The notes beneath the pieces were generated by a model. That model was not told the DNA's origin, searched no databases, and saw only the letters and a program-made list of their open reading frames with translations. A stretch of 64,000 nt of DNA from positions 27,457 through 91,456 of the forward strand of contig CACHKQ010000003.1 in NCBI GenBank assembly GCA_902580445.1. The letters run 5' to 3'. Numbering within the stretch: the first letter of the stretch is position 1; each line of letters opens with the position of its first letter. Position numbers and translations under genes: made by a program. This document shows, one piece after another, positions 8,799-18,200 of the stretch. This DNA comes from an uncultured Pelagibacteraceae bacterium. GTDB taxonomy: Bacteria; Pseudomonadota; Alphaproteobacteria; Pelagibacterales; Pelagibacteraceae.

Positions 8799-9917
8799 AT
8801 GATAACAATAAATAAAAAATTTTTTCAAAATATATTTAAAACTATTACATATAGTTTATTTAAAATTATTTATAAAAAAATAGAGAAGATATCTGATGAA
8901 AAGAATTCTAATGAAATTCAAAAAATAAATATTAAAAAAAATGAAGATTTAAAATACCAAGTTTATATTATAAAAAACGGAAGAGTTTATACAGATAGAA
9001 TAAGTGATACAGCTGTCATTTTAAAAAATGAAATTATAGAGAAAGCATCTTTTCAGTTTAGAGTAATTAATTCAAGAGTATATAATGCAGATATAAAACA
9101 AAATATTGTTTTTTCGAAAGGAACTCCCCGCTTGCAAAAAAAAATTAAAGGAAATGTTTTATCTTTGTTAACAGGTGGAGGTGGAAATAGTAATTACTGG
9201 CATTGGTTATTTGATGTTATTCCAAGACTAGCTCTCTGTGATGAAATAATTAAAAATGATAAAATTGATTTTTTCTTATTACCAAGCAATAAGATTAAAT
9301 TTCAAAAAGAAACATTGAATTTATTAGGCATCAATCAAGAAAAACAGTTATCAAGCAAAAATTTTAGACATATAATTTGTGATAAGCTTTTTGTAACGTC
9401 TCATCCTGTTCTTAGATCTGCAGATGCTACCGACTCTATACAAAATATACCAAAATGGATTTCGGAATGGTTAAAAAATACCTTTATATTAAAAAAAAAT
9501 AATAAAAATTTTTTTAAGAAAATTTATATAGACCGATCGGACTCTATATCCAATGTGAAACATTTAAGGACTATCGAAAATGAAGAAGAGGTAAAAAATT
9601 ATTTATCAAGTATCGGGTTTGAAATTGTTAGACTTAGTGAGCATAGTTTTGAAGATCAGGTTTCAATATTTAATGCGGCAGAAACTATCGTAGGTTTACA
9701 TGGTGCGGGTTTTGCAAATATAGTTTTTTCTAAACCCAATACAAAAATAATTGAATTAAAGACAAAATCTCATTTAGGTAAAGAAATTGAAAATCTTGCT
9801 AAATCAAATAATCTTTCATTTAAAGCTCTTAAATTTGACTTAACTGGTGAAGATACCGCGACTCAGTTTGGACATATAAATGTTTCTATAAACGAATTAA
9901 AAAACAATATAACTTAG
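8799..9917 (+). CDS. Glycosyltransferase family 61 / DUF563 protein
   Basis: The NYWHWLFDVIPRL motif and C-terminal VGLHGAGFANIVF are typical of GT61/DUF563. The ATG starts 2 nt after the tRNA CCA end. Confidence 0.7.
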   Translation: MITINKKFFQNIFKTITYSLFKIIYKKIEKISDEKNSNEIQKINIKKNEDLKYQVYIIKNGRVYTDRISDTAVILKNEIIEKASFQFRVINSRVYNADIKQNIVFSKGTPRLQKKIKGNVLSLLTGGGGNSNYWHWLFDVIPRLALCDEIIKNDKIDFFLLPSNKIKFQKETLNLLGINQEKQLSSKNFRHIICDKLFVTSHPVLRSADATDSIQNIPKWISEWLKNTFILKKNNKNFFKKIYIDRSDSISNVKHLRTIENEEEVKNYLSSIGFEIVRLSEHSFEDQVSIFNAAETIVGLHGAGFANIVFSKPNTKIIELKTKSHLGKEIENLAKSNNLSFKALKFDLTGEDTATQFGHINVSINELKNNIT

Positions 9918-9922
9918 GCAAA

Positions 9923-10744
9923 ATGAAAAATATTGAAATGTTTTGTATTTCTTTAGAGCCCTCACACAAAAAATTTATTCAAGAGCTAGGATATATTCCT
10001 GTCGGTCTTGGAACTAATAATTTTGAAAAAGGCTGGATGAGAGATAATACAGGTAATAATATTTCAAAAAAAAATCGATATTACGGAGAATATACCTTTC
10101 ATTATTGGATTTGGAAAAATTATATGGATAAACTGAGCAATAATTGGATAGGCTTTTGTCAATATAGGAAATTTTGGACAATTAAAAATTTCGATAACTC
10201 CAGACTTGATATAAAAACTTTACCTTCAATTGTATTGAAGGAAATTCCTAAAGATTACGAGGATTGTGAAGCAATTTTGGGTAATAGATTTTATATAAAT
10301 CAAAAAAGAACTATGAAATTTTTAAAAAAAGGATTTAAATTAATTATTAAAAATCCTAAATTATTATTTAATAAGAAATTGAGAAATATTAAATTTCATT
10401 TTGATCTGATGCATGGTGAAAATAATCTTTATAAAGCAATTGATTTACTTGATAATGAGAATAAAGATGATTTTAGAAGTTATGTGAATTCAATGGAATA
10501 TTTTCATCCGCAAAATATGTTTATTTGTAAATCTAAAAATTTATTGAAAAAATATTATGAAACTATTTTTCCTTGGTTAGAGAGATGCGAAAAAGTTTTC
10601 GGATTTGATAATTTAACTGGTTATGGAAAAATTAGAATTTATACTTTTTTAGCAGAAAGATTTGTATCTTATTGGTTCCAAAAAAATGCTAAATGCAAAA
10701 TTATGAATATTACTTTTTATGATATCAGAGATGAAATTAGTTAG
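9923..10744 (+). CDS. DUF4422 domain protein (putative glycosyltransferase)
   Basis: The pattern YGEYTFHYWIWKN ... IGFCQYRKFW, and its glycan-cluster context. Confidence 0.65.
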   Translation: MKNIEMFCISLEPSHKKFIQELGYIPVGLGTNNFEKGWMRDNTGNNISKKNRYYGEYTFHYWIWKNYMDKLSNNWIGFCQYRKFWTIKNFDNSRLDIKTLPSIVLKEIPKDYEDCEAILGNRFYINQKRTMKFLKKGFKLIIKNPKLLFNKKLRNIKFHFDLMHGENNLYKAIDLLDNENKDDFRSYVNSMEYFHPQNMFICKSKNLLKKYYETIFPWLERCEKVFGFDNLTGYGKIRIYTFLAERFVSYWFQKNAKCKIMNITFYDIRDEIS

Positions 10745-11277
10745 AGATATTTGAATTTTTTTAAAAAATCTTTATAACTCATAAGCTTTCTATCTTTAGC
10801 TGAAACTTTTGGTTTTTTTACCGGCCAATTAATTCTTAAACTTTTGTCGTTCCAAATAATACCACTCTCATACTTTGGACTGTAATAGTTTGACAATTTA
10901 TAATAAACAATATTTTCCTTATCTAGAGTTAAATAAGAGTGTGCAAACCCATCAGGAACATAAAGTGACAGACCATTTTTTTCCGATAGAATAATTTTGA
11001 AAACTTTTCCAAATGTTTTAGAATTTTTTCTTAGATCAATAACACAATCTAATACTTTTCCCTTTAATACAGTTACATATTTTATTTGTCTATTTTTGTA
11101 TTGAAAATGAAAACCCCTTAGCACTTCTTTTTTTGAATAAACTTTATAATCAAAAATTAAATCTTTTCCTTCAAATAAGTTCTTCCTATAGGTTTCTGCT
11201 AAATGGCCTCTAGAATCAGAGTTTTTTTTTAATTTAATAATTTTTAGGTTTACGAATTTAGTTTTTATTATTTTCAT
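10741..11277 (-). CDS. rfbC: dTDP-4-dehydrorhamnose 3,5-epimerase
   Basis: D-RG-L-E ... LRGFHFQ ... KYVTVLKGKVLDCVIDLR ... PDGFAHSY, about 178 aa with a cupin fold. Confidence 0.85.
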   Translation of the reverse strand: MKIIKTKFVNLKIIKLKKNSDSRGHLAETYRKNLFEGKDLIFDYKVYSKKEVLRGFHFQYKNRQIKYVTVLKGKVLDCVIDLRKNSKTFGKVFKIILSEKNGLSLYVPDGFAHSYLTLDKENIVYYKLSNYYSPKYESGIIWNDKSLRINWPVKKPKVSAKDRKLMSYKDFLKKFKYL

Positions 11278-11285
11278 AAGACTTT

Positions 11286-11981
11286 TTATATTATTTTATT
11301 TAATTTAGACAAATTCATAAAAGGTTTAGGAGGAAATTGCCCTTGAGATCTTTCTCTCAAAACTTTTGGATTGTATTTTTTTGCAAAATCGAAGATTGTC
11401 TTTGTTTTTCCACCAATATTCAAAATACCTTTTTTATTAATTACTTTAAACAACATCTTAGCCATGTCTTCGTGAAAAATAAAATTTAACTTAATGTTTG
11501 AAAATGCTTTTTTATGTATAAAAGGTTTTTCAGTCATACACACTCTTAATATTAATGAATTTTTGTACATTTGAACTGCACATTCGCCACCCATTTTTGA
11601 CCATGCATAATTGTTCCATGGCATAACAGGATCAGTTTCTTTGTAGTTTCCCTTTTTCCCAGGATAAACATAACTGGTAGAAAAATAAACAATTTTAATA
11701 TTCATATCATAACAGGCTCTTACTAAATTTGCTGTTCCAATAATGTTTAGAATAATACTTTTGGAAATATTTTTTTGATGTTCATCCATTGGCCTTGATA
11801 GTCCTGCTAGATGAACAAGAGTTTTTGGACGTTTTTTTTTTAAATAAGATTTTATTTTTTCAAAATTAGTAATATCTAATTGTTTTTTATTTGGATAAAA
11901 AAGTTTATATTTATTTTTTGTTTTTTTTAATATTTGACCAAATCTTCCACTTCCTCCTGTAACTACAATTCTTTTATTCAT
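11286..11981 (-). CDS. Short extended-SDR protein, dTDP-4-dehydrorhamnose reductase-like
   Basis: VVTGGSGRFG Rossmann motif and YAWSK (YxxxK). It lies between rfbC and rfbB. At 231 aa it is shorter than the typical RfbD. Confidence 0.55.
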   Translation of the reverse strand: MNKRIVVTGGSGRFGQILKKTKNKYKLFYPNKKQLDITNFEKIKSYLKKKRPKTLVHLAGLSRPMDEHQKNISKSIILNIIGTANLVRACYDMNIKIVYFSTSYVYPGKKGNYKETDPVMPWNNYAWSKMGGECAVQMYKNSLILRVCMTEKPFIHKKAFSNIKLNFIFHEDMAKMLFKVINKKGILNIGGKTKTIFDFAKKYNPKVLRERSQGQFPPKPFMNLSKLNKII

Positions 11982-13009
11982 ACTTTAATACCTAATCTTT
12001 TTGAAATATTTTTCTTAGCAATTTTTTTGAAAAAATTTAAATTTTTTGAGTACCATTCTATAGTTTTTGACAACCCATTGTTAAAAGTAGTCTTATGTTT
12101 CCATTTGAATTCTTTTCTTATTTTGCTCGAATTTAGAGCGTATCTTACATCGTGTCCAGGTCTATCCGTAACAAAATTAATTTTTGTTTTTTTGCCTATT
12201 TTAATTTTATTTTTTTTAGAGATAATTAAAAGTTTTTTTACAATCTCTATATTTGTCAATCTAATACCTGTTCCAATGTTATAATTTTTTCCAATTTTTC
12301 CTTTTAAAAAAATTTGTACTAATGCTTCACAGTTATCTTTAACGTATATCCATTCTCTTATATTTTTACCCTTTCCATACACAGGAAGAGATTTATTGTT
12401 TAAAATATTATAAATCATTTTAGGAATAAATTTTTCAGGAAACTGATTAGGTCCATAATTGTTACAAGGATTAGCTATTAAAGTTTTGATACCATATGTC
12501 CTTCCGTAAGACCTTACCAATTGATCAGCACCAGCTTTTGAAGCGGAATATGGCGAGCTTGGGTTATAATTGTAGTTCTCATCAGCTTTTTTATTTTCAG
12601 GTATATCTCCGTAAACTTCATCAGTTGATATTTGTAAAAATCTTAATTTATTTTTTATTTTACTCTCAAGTTTCCTTATACCTTCAAGCAAATTATATAC
12701 TCCAAGAACATTTGATTTAATAAAATTTTCTGCATCATCAATAGATCTATCAACATGAGTTTCTGCAGCTAAATTAAATATTCCAATAGGTTTATATTTT
12801 TTTAAAATTTTAATTATTTTCCGTTTATTATTGATGTCTATTTTAAAAAAAAGATAATTTTTATTTTTTTTAAAATCCTTTACATTATATGGATTTGCAG
12901 AATAACTAGATTTATCTATATTTATTACAAAAAATTTCTTTTTTAAAAGGAGTTGTATCAAATTGCTCCCAATAAATCCTGAACCCCCAGTTACAACAAC
13001 TTTTTTCAT
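11978..13009 (-). CDS. rfbB: dTDP-glucose 4,6-dehydratase
   Basis: VVVTGGSGFIGSN, FNLAAETHVDRSI, ISTDEVYG and YSASKAG. Confidence 0.9.
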   Translation of the reverse strand: MKKVVVTGGSGFIGSNLIQLLLKKKFFVINIDKSSYSANPYNVKDFKKNKNYLFFKIDINNKRKIIKILKKYKPIGIFNLAAETHVDRSIDDAENFIKSNVLGVYNLLEGIRKLESKIKNKLRFLQISTDEVYGDIPENKKADENYNYNPSSPYSASKAGADQLVRSYGRTYGIKTLIANPCNNYGPNQFPEKFIPKMIYNILNNKSLPVYGKGKNIREWIYVKDNCEALVQIFLKGKIGKNYNIGTGIRLTNIEIVKKLLIISKKNKIKIGKKTKINFVTDRPGHDVRYALNSSKIRKEFKWKHKTTFNNGLSKTIEWYSKNLNFFKKIAKKNISKRLGIKV

Positions 13010-13088
13010 ATTAATTTTACAAACAAGATATGATCTATTAAGTTAAGTATTAAAATAATTAGAGTATAAAATCAATTATGTTTAAATA

Positions 13089-13964
13089 ATGTCAATTGCA
13101 AATATAACTATAGTAATAACATCATTTAAAAGCGAAAAAAAAATTAGGAATTGCTTAAATTCTATTGATAAGCAATGCAAAGTTATAAATGTTGAAAACT
13201 CAGACAACCAAGAATACAAAAAAAGAATAGAAGATGAGTTTAAAAATGTTAGGTGTATTCTTTCAGGAAAAAATATTGGATATGGAAAAGGAAATAATAT
13301 TGGTCTCAAAGAGGTTAAAACCAAATACGCTTTGATACTCAATCCAGATGCAGAACTTTTTCCAGATACTATTAGTAATTTTTTCAAAATGGCTGAGGAA
13401 AATTCAGACTTTGCAATGATACAACCCAGTACTCTAGAAGATAAAAAAAAATTTAAAAGTTTTGACTTAGCTTCAACAAGTAGAGTGTGGGATAATGGTA
13501 TTGAGCTAGATATAAAACTTATTAAAAGTATAAGAGGCCATGCTTTATTTCTTAATCTTCAAAAGTTAGAGAACATCGGGTTTTTTGATGAAAATATTTT
13601 CTTTTTTTTAGAAGAAACAGATTTAGCTATGAGAATTTTTAAAAGTGGAAAAAAAATTTATTTTTGTGCACCAATAAAAATTTTCCACGAAGGAGGAAAG
13701 TCTCATGAAAATAAAATTAATTATGAAATGGAATTATCTAGAAATTGGCACTGGATGTGGTCAACTTTTTATTACAATAAAAAATATAAAGGTTTTGTAA
13801 ATTCATTTATTATGGTTTTACCAAAACTTATATCATCAATTTTTAAGTATTTCTTTTTTCTTATAATCATGAATAAAGAAAAAAAAGAAATTTATTATCA
13901 AAGATTTTCAGGCCTTGCTAACTCAATTGTTGGAAAAAAATCATGGTACAGACCTAAAGTTTGA
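13089..13964 (+). CDS. Glycosyltransferase family 2
   Basis: ITIVITSFKS ... NIGYGKGNN ... ALILNPDAELFPD, a typical GT2 arrangement. Confidence 0.8.
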   Translation: MSIANITIVITSFKSEKKIRNCLNSIDKQCKVINVENSDNQEYKKRIEDEFKNVRCILSGKNIGYGKGNNIGLKEVKTKYALILNPDAELFPDTISNFFKMAEENSDFAMIQPSTLEDKKKFKSFDLASTSRVWDNGIELDIKLIKSIRGHALFLNLQKLENIGFFDENIFFFLEETDLAMRIFKSGKKIYFCAPIKIFHEGGKSHENKINYEMELSRNWHWMWSTFYYNKKYKGFVNSFIMVLPKLISSIFKYFFFLIIMNKEKKEIYYQRFSGLANSIVGKKSWYRPKV

Positions 13965-14009
13965 TTATTTATTGATTTGACACATTTTTAAATATAAAAA
14001 TTAATACCA

Positions 14010-15020
14010 ATGAAAAAAAACAAAGTATTTATTACCGGTGCTGCAGGCTTTTTAGGTTCTCATTTAGCAGAAAAATTATCAGAAATGGGTGACGAAGTAG
14101 TTGGTGTCGACAATATGATGGGAGGTTATGAAGATAATGTTCCAAAAAATATAAAATTTCATAAAATTGATTGTTGCAATCTCGATAAAGTTAAAGAACT
14201 TATGAAGGGGACTGATATAGTATATCATTGCGCAGCAACAGCGCACGAGGGTCTGTCAGTTTTTTCTCCATATGAAATAGGAAAAAATAATTATTTAGCT
14301 TCCGTTTCAGTATTTTCTGCCGCTATATCAAATAAAGTAAAAAGGATAATTTTTTGTTCCTCTATGGCTAGATATGGTTCCCAAAAATATCCTTTCACAG
14401 AAAATATGAAAGCAAGTCCAGCAGATCCATATGCAATTTCAAAAGTTGCTGCTGAAGAAACTTTAATAAACTTGTGTGAACTAAATAAAATTGAGTGGGT
14501 GATCGCTGTTCCACATAATATAATAGGACCAAAACAAAAGTATGATGACCCATTTAGGAATGTTGTGTCTATAATGTTAAACAGAATGTTACAAAACAAA
14601 CCTCCAATTATTTATGGAGACGGGGAGCAAAAACGATGCTTTTCCTATATAGATGATTGTTTAAGCTGTCTTATACCGATGAGAGATCAAGCAAATTTAA
14701 ATAAACAAATAATAAATATTGGACCTGATGAAGAGTTTGTAACCATAAATAAAGTAGCTGAAATATGTTCAAATATATCTGGGAGTAATTTAAAACCAAT
14801 TTATAAGCCCGATAGACCACAAGAAGTTAAGCATGCTACTTGTTCCGCTGATAAAGCTAGAAAACTTTTAAATTATAAAACTACCGTTGACCTTAAAACA
14901 GGTATAACAAAAACATTTGATTATATTAAAAAAAGAGGAGTAAAACCTTTTGATTATTATATTAACGTTGAAATTCAAAATGAACTAACACCTTCAACTT
15001 GGATAAAAAAAGAAATATAA
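14010..15020 (+). CDS. NAD-dependent nucleotide-sugar epimerase/dehydratase
   Basis: FITGAAGFLGSHL and YAISK (YxxxK), with the length of an extended SDR. Confidence 0.8.
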   Translation: MKKNKVFITGAAGFLGSHLAEKLSEMGDEVVGVDNMMGGYEDNVPKNIKFHKIDCCNLDKVKELMKGTDIVYHCAATAHEGLSVFSPYEIGKNNYLASVSVFSAAISNKVKRIIFCSSMARYGSQKYPFTENMKASPADPYAISKVAAEETLINLCELNKIEWVIAVPHNIIGPKQKYDDPFRNVVSIMLNRMLQNKPPIIYGDGEQKRCFSYIDDCLSCLIPMRDQANLNKQIINIGPDEEFVTINKVAEICSNISGSNLKPIYKPDRPQEVKHATCSADKARKLLNYKTTVDLKTGITKTFDYIKKRGVKPFDYYINVEIQNELTPSTWIKKEI

Positions 15021-15548
15021 TTAGTGTCCGGGAAAATCTATTAAGCTTTCAGTAAAATAAGAATTATCTTTTAACTTTTGGTTACCACCCAGATCAAATA
15101 AATTTATTATAAAAATAAAACCAGCAACATTTCCCTCTGAAACCTTAACTAATTTTGCTCCGGCTTCAGCTGTACCACCGGTAGCAATTAAATCATCTAT
15201 AATTAAAACATTGTCATCTTTATTAATAGAATCTTTGTGTACCTCTATTGTGGCTCTCCCATATTCTAATTCAAAATCAACAGAGTGTCTTTCAGCAGGT
15301 AACTTATTTTTTTTTCTCATCATAATTAATGGTTTTTTCAACCTATAAGAGACGACGGCAGCGAAAATAAACCCCCTAGATTCTATTGCTGCAATCTTAT
15401 TAAATTTTATTTTTTTTGATATTTTTATAATTTTATCAACACTAAAATTAAAAGCCTCAGGATCTTTTATTAAAGTTGTTATATCTCTAAATAAAATGCC
15501 TTTTTTTGGGTAGTCAGGTATTGACCTAATATATTTTTTTAAATCCAT
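15021..15548 (-). CDS. apt: Adenine phosphoribosyltransferase
   Basis: IPDYPKKGILFRDITTL, ESRGFIF, and the PRPP loop VLIIDDLIATGGTA. Confidence 0.9.
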   Translation of the reverse strand: MDLKKYIRSIPDYPKKGILFRDITTLIKDPEAFNFSVDKIIKISKKIKFNKIAAIESRGFIFAAVVSYRLKKPLIMMRKKNKLPAERHSVDFELEYGRATIEVHKDSINKDDNVLIIDDLIATGGTAEAGAKLVKVSEGNVAGFIFIINLFDLGGNQKLKDNSYFTESLIDFPGH

Positions 15549-15591
15549 ATTTTACTTCATTATCTAACAAAAAAAGATTAATAATTAAATC

Positions 15592-16482
15592 ATGAAAAAT
15601 AGAATTCTTGGGATAAATAGAAAACTTGGCATAATTGGAGGTAGCGGTTTGTACAAAATGGAAGGTTTTGAAAAAACAAAATGGAAAAAAATTGAGACAT
15701 CATGGGGGGATCCATCGGACTTAATTATGACAGCTAAGTTTTATGGTAATGAAATATGTTTCATTCCCAGACATTCTCGAGGACACAAAACAAGTCCAAC
15801 AAATATAAATTTCAGAGCAAACATTGATGCCATGAAACAAATGGGTGTTACAGATATAGTGTCTGTTTCGGCTGTAGGATCTTTGAAAGGAAATTTATCA
15901 CCAGGCACTTTTGTTATAGTTGATCAATTTATAGACAGAACTTTTTCTAGATCAAAAACTTTTTTTGACGAAGAAATTGTTGCACATGTTTCAATGGCAC
16001 AGCCAACAAGTAAAGCGCTAAGAGATTGTAGTGCTGAAGCATTAAAAAAATTAAAAATCAAATACCAAATGGGAGGCACATACGTTGTTATGGAAGGACC
16101 CCAATTTTCTACATTTGCTGAGTCAAATTTGTATAGATCCTGGAAAGCAGACGTAATTGGAATGACAAATATGCCAGAAGCAAAATTAGCTAGAGAAGCG
16201 GAAATTAGATATTCCACAATTGCCATGGTTACTGATTATGATTGTTGGCAGTCAGAAAATGAAGAAGTTGATGTAGCAATGGTTATTAATACTCTAAAAA
16301 ATAATGCAACGAATGCTCAAAACATGATTAAAGAAATTATCAAAACATTTAAATATTTTTCTGTAGAAAAAGACCCAACAAATAATTGTTTAGATACAGC
16401 TATTATAACTGACCCAAAAATAAGAACAAAAAAAACAATAGAAAAATTAAAATATATTGCTGGTAGAGTGCTTAAAAAATAA
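15592..16482 (+). CDS. mtnP: S-methyl-5'-thioadenosine phosphorylase
   Basis: LGIIGGSGLY, FIPRHSRGH and VIGMTNMPEAKLAREAEI, which are MTAP-type PNP family motifs. Confidence 0.9.
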   Translation: MKNRILGINRKLGIIGGSGLYKMEGFEKTKWKKIETSWGDPSDLIMTAKFYGNEICFIPRHSRGHKTSPTNINFRANIDAMKQMGVTDIVSVSAVGSLKGNLSPGTFVIVDQFIDRTFSRSKTFFDEEIVAHVSMAQPTSKALRDCSAEALKKLKIKYQMGGTYVVMEGPQFSTFAESNLYRSWKADVIGMTNMPEAKLAREAEIRYSTIAMVTDYDCWQSENEEVDVAMVINTLKNNATNAQNMIKEIIKTFKYFSVEKDPTNNCLDTAIITDPKIRTKKTIEKLKYIAGRVLKK

Positions 16483-17552
16483 TGCATATCAATGGAAAAG
16501 TATTCAGAACAATCTGGTTTCAAGATAATATAGTAAAAATTATTGACCAAACTAAACTTCCACATAAATTTGTTGTAAAAGATTTAAAAAATTTAAAAGA
16601 CGCTGTAAATGCAATAAAAACAATGGAAGTCAGGGGAGCACCACTAATAGGAGCAACTGCTGCATACGGTTTAGTGTTAGCAATAATTGAAAAAAATGAT
16701 AAATCTTTTCTAAAAAAAGCCAGTGAGGATTTAATTGGCTCCAGGCCTACGGCTATAAATTTAAAATGGGCAGTCGACAGAATGATGGAAAAATTATCAA
16801 GAGTAAATAGCAATGATATTTTGAAAATAGCAATTTCTGAGGCAAAAAATATTTGTGAAGAGGATATAAGTTTTTGTAAAAATATTGGTCTGAATGGTTT
16901 ACGAATAATTGAGGAAATTTATAAAAAAAAAAAAGATACAGTAAATATTTTAACTCACTGTAACGCTGGATGGCTTGCAACAATTGATTGGGGAACAGCG
17001 ACTTCACCAATTTACCATGCTCATCAAAAAGGTATTAAAATTCATGTTTGGGTTGATGAAACCAGACCAAGAAATCAAGGAGCAAACTTAACATCATACG
17101 AATTAAATGAGGAGGGAATACCAAACACAATAATTGCTGATAATACTGGTGGTATTTTAATGCAACAAGGTAAAGTAGATATGTGTATTACCGGAACAGA
17201 CAGAACTCTTTCTTCTGGGGATGTAGCTAATAAGATTGGGACATACCTTAAAGCCCTAGCTGCCTATGATAACAAGATTCCTTTTTATGTAGCTCTACCA
17301 AGCTCAACAATTGACTGGAATCTAAAAAATTTTAAAAATATTCCTATAGAGGAGAGAAATTCAGAAGAGTTATCCCATATAGAGGGGCTAGATGAAAATA
17401 ATAAATTAACAAAAATTTTAATTTATCCAAAAAAAAGTAAAGCTATGAATTTAGCCTTTGATGTTACCCCGGCTAAATACGTGACAGGATTGATAACAGA
17501 AAAAGGTGTCTGCGAAGCATCTTCAAAAGGATTAAAAAACCTATTTAAATGA
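16482..17552 (+). CDS. mtnA: S-methyl-5-thioribose-1-phosphate isomerase
   Basis: MEVRGAPLIGATAAYG, RPTAINL, VDETRPRNQGA and GTDRT (eIF-2B alpha/beta/delta-like family). The ATG overlaps the mtnP stop. Confidence 0.9.
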   Translation: MHINGKVFRTIWFQDNIVKIIDQTKLPHKFVVKDLKNLKDAVNAIKTMEVRGAPLIGATAAYGLVLAIIEKNDKSFLKKASEDLIGSRPTAINLKWAVDRMMEKLSRVNSNDILKIAISEAKNICEEDISFCKNIGLNGLRIIEEIYKKKKDTVNILTHCNAGWLATIDWGTATSPIYHAHQKGIKIHVWVDETRPRNQGANLTSYELNEEGIPNTIIADNTGGILMQQGKVDMCITGTDRTLSSGDVANKIGTYLKALAAYDNKIPFYVALPSSTIDWNLKNFKNIPIEERNSEELSHIEGLDENNKLTKILIYPKKSKAMNLAFDVTPAKYVTGLITEKGVCEASSKGLKNLFK

Positions 17553-18193
17553 AAAAATTTAGAGCACAAGTAATTAAATATGCAAAAAAATTGAACACAA
17601 CAAATTTATCTGCATTAAGATCAGGAAATGTTTCTATTAGGGTAAAAGAAAAAGGAGTTAACGGATTTTATATTACCCCCTCAGGAGCTAAATATTCATC
17701 TCTAAAAACAAAAGATATTGTTTTTGTTTCTTTGAAAGGCCGATTCGATAAAAAAAAAGGCAAACCATCATCAGAATGGCGATTTCATCAAGACATTTAT
17801 GTGAATAAAAAAGATGCAAAAGCAATTGTCCATGCACATTCTACGTGTGCCACAGCAGTGTCCACTCATAATAAATCCATACCAGCCTTCCATTACATGG
17901 TTGGAGTGGCGGGTGGAAATGACATAAAATGCTCTAAATATGCTACTTTTGGAACAAGAAATTTGTCTAGGAATATTTTATCAGCACTTAAAAATAGATC
18001 AGCTTGCCTAATTTCTAATCACGGTCAAATAGCATTTGGAAAAAATTTAGATTATGCTTTTGAGCTTGCACAAGAAGTAGAAAATATTTGCCATCAATAT
18101 ATAAATGCAATAAGAATTGGAATACCAAAAATTCTTACTAAAAAAGAAATGAAAATTGTTTTAAGTAAGATGAAAAATTATAAAAAGGATTAG
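17549..18193 (+). CDS. Class II aldolase, FucA-like; candidate 5-(methylthio)ribulose-1-phosphate aldolase (DHAP-shunt type) rather than the MtnB dehydratase
   Basis: SGNVSIR, PSSEWRFH, IVHAHS, IPAFHYM, AGGNDIKCSKYATFGTRNLS and LKNRSACLISNHG closely parallel my recollection of E. coli FucA. It overlaps mtnA by 4 nt. Confidence 0.7.
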   Translation: MKKFRAQVIKYAKKLNTTNLSALRSGNVSIRVKEKGVNGFYITPSGAKYSSLKTKDIVFVSLKGRFDKKKGKPSSEWRFHQDIYVNKKDAKAIVHAHSTCATAVSTHNKSIPAFHYMVGVAGGNDIKCSKYATFGTRNLSRNILSALKNRSACLISNHGQIAFGKNLDYAFELAQEVENICHQYINAIRIGIPKILTKKEMKIVLSKMKNYKKD

Positions 18194-18200
18194 TTTTATA

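Noticed and set aside
11934-12284. 116-aa ORF antisense to rfbB, and the 13082..13387 ORF antisense to the GT2 gene
   Set aside because: Long stop-free antisense frames are expected in very AT-rich, Lys/Asn-rich genes. The partner-strand genes have clear family motifs.
16923-16934. A12 homopolymer inside mtnA (encodes KKKK)
   Set aside because: The reading frame is intact and A/T runs of 8-12 nt are frequent throughout this genome. There is no evidence of slippage-dependent expression.
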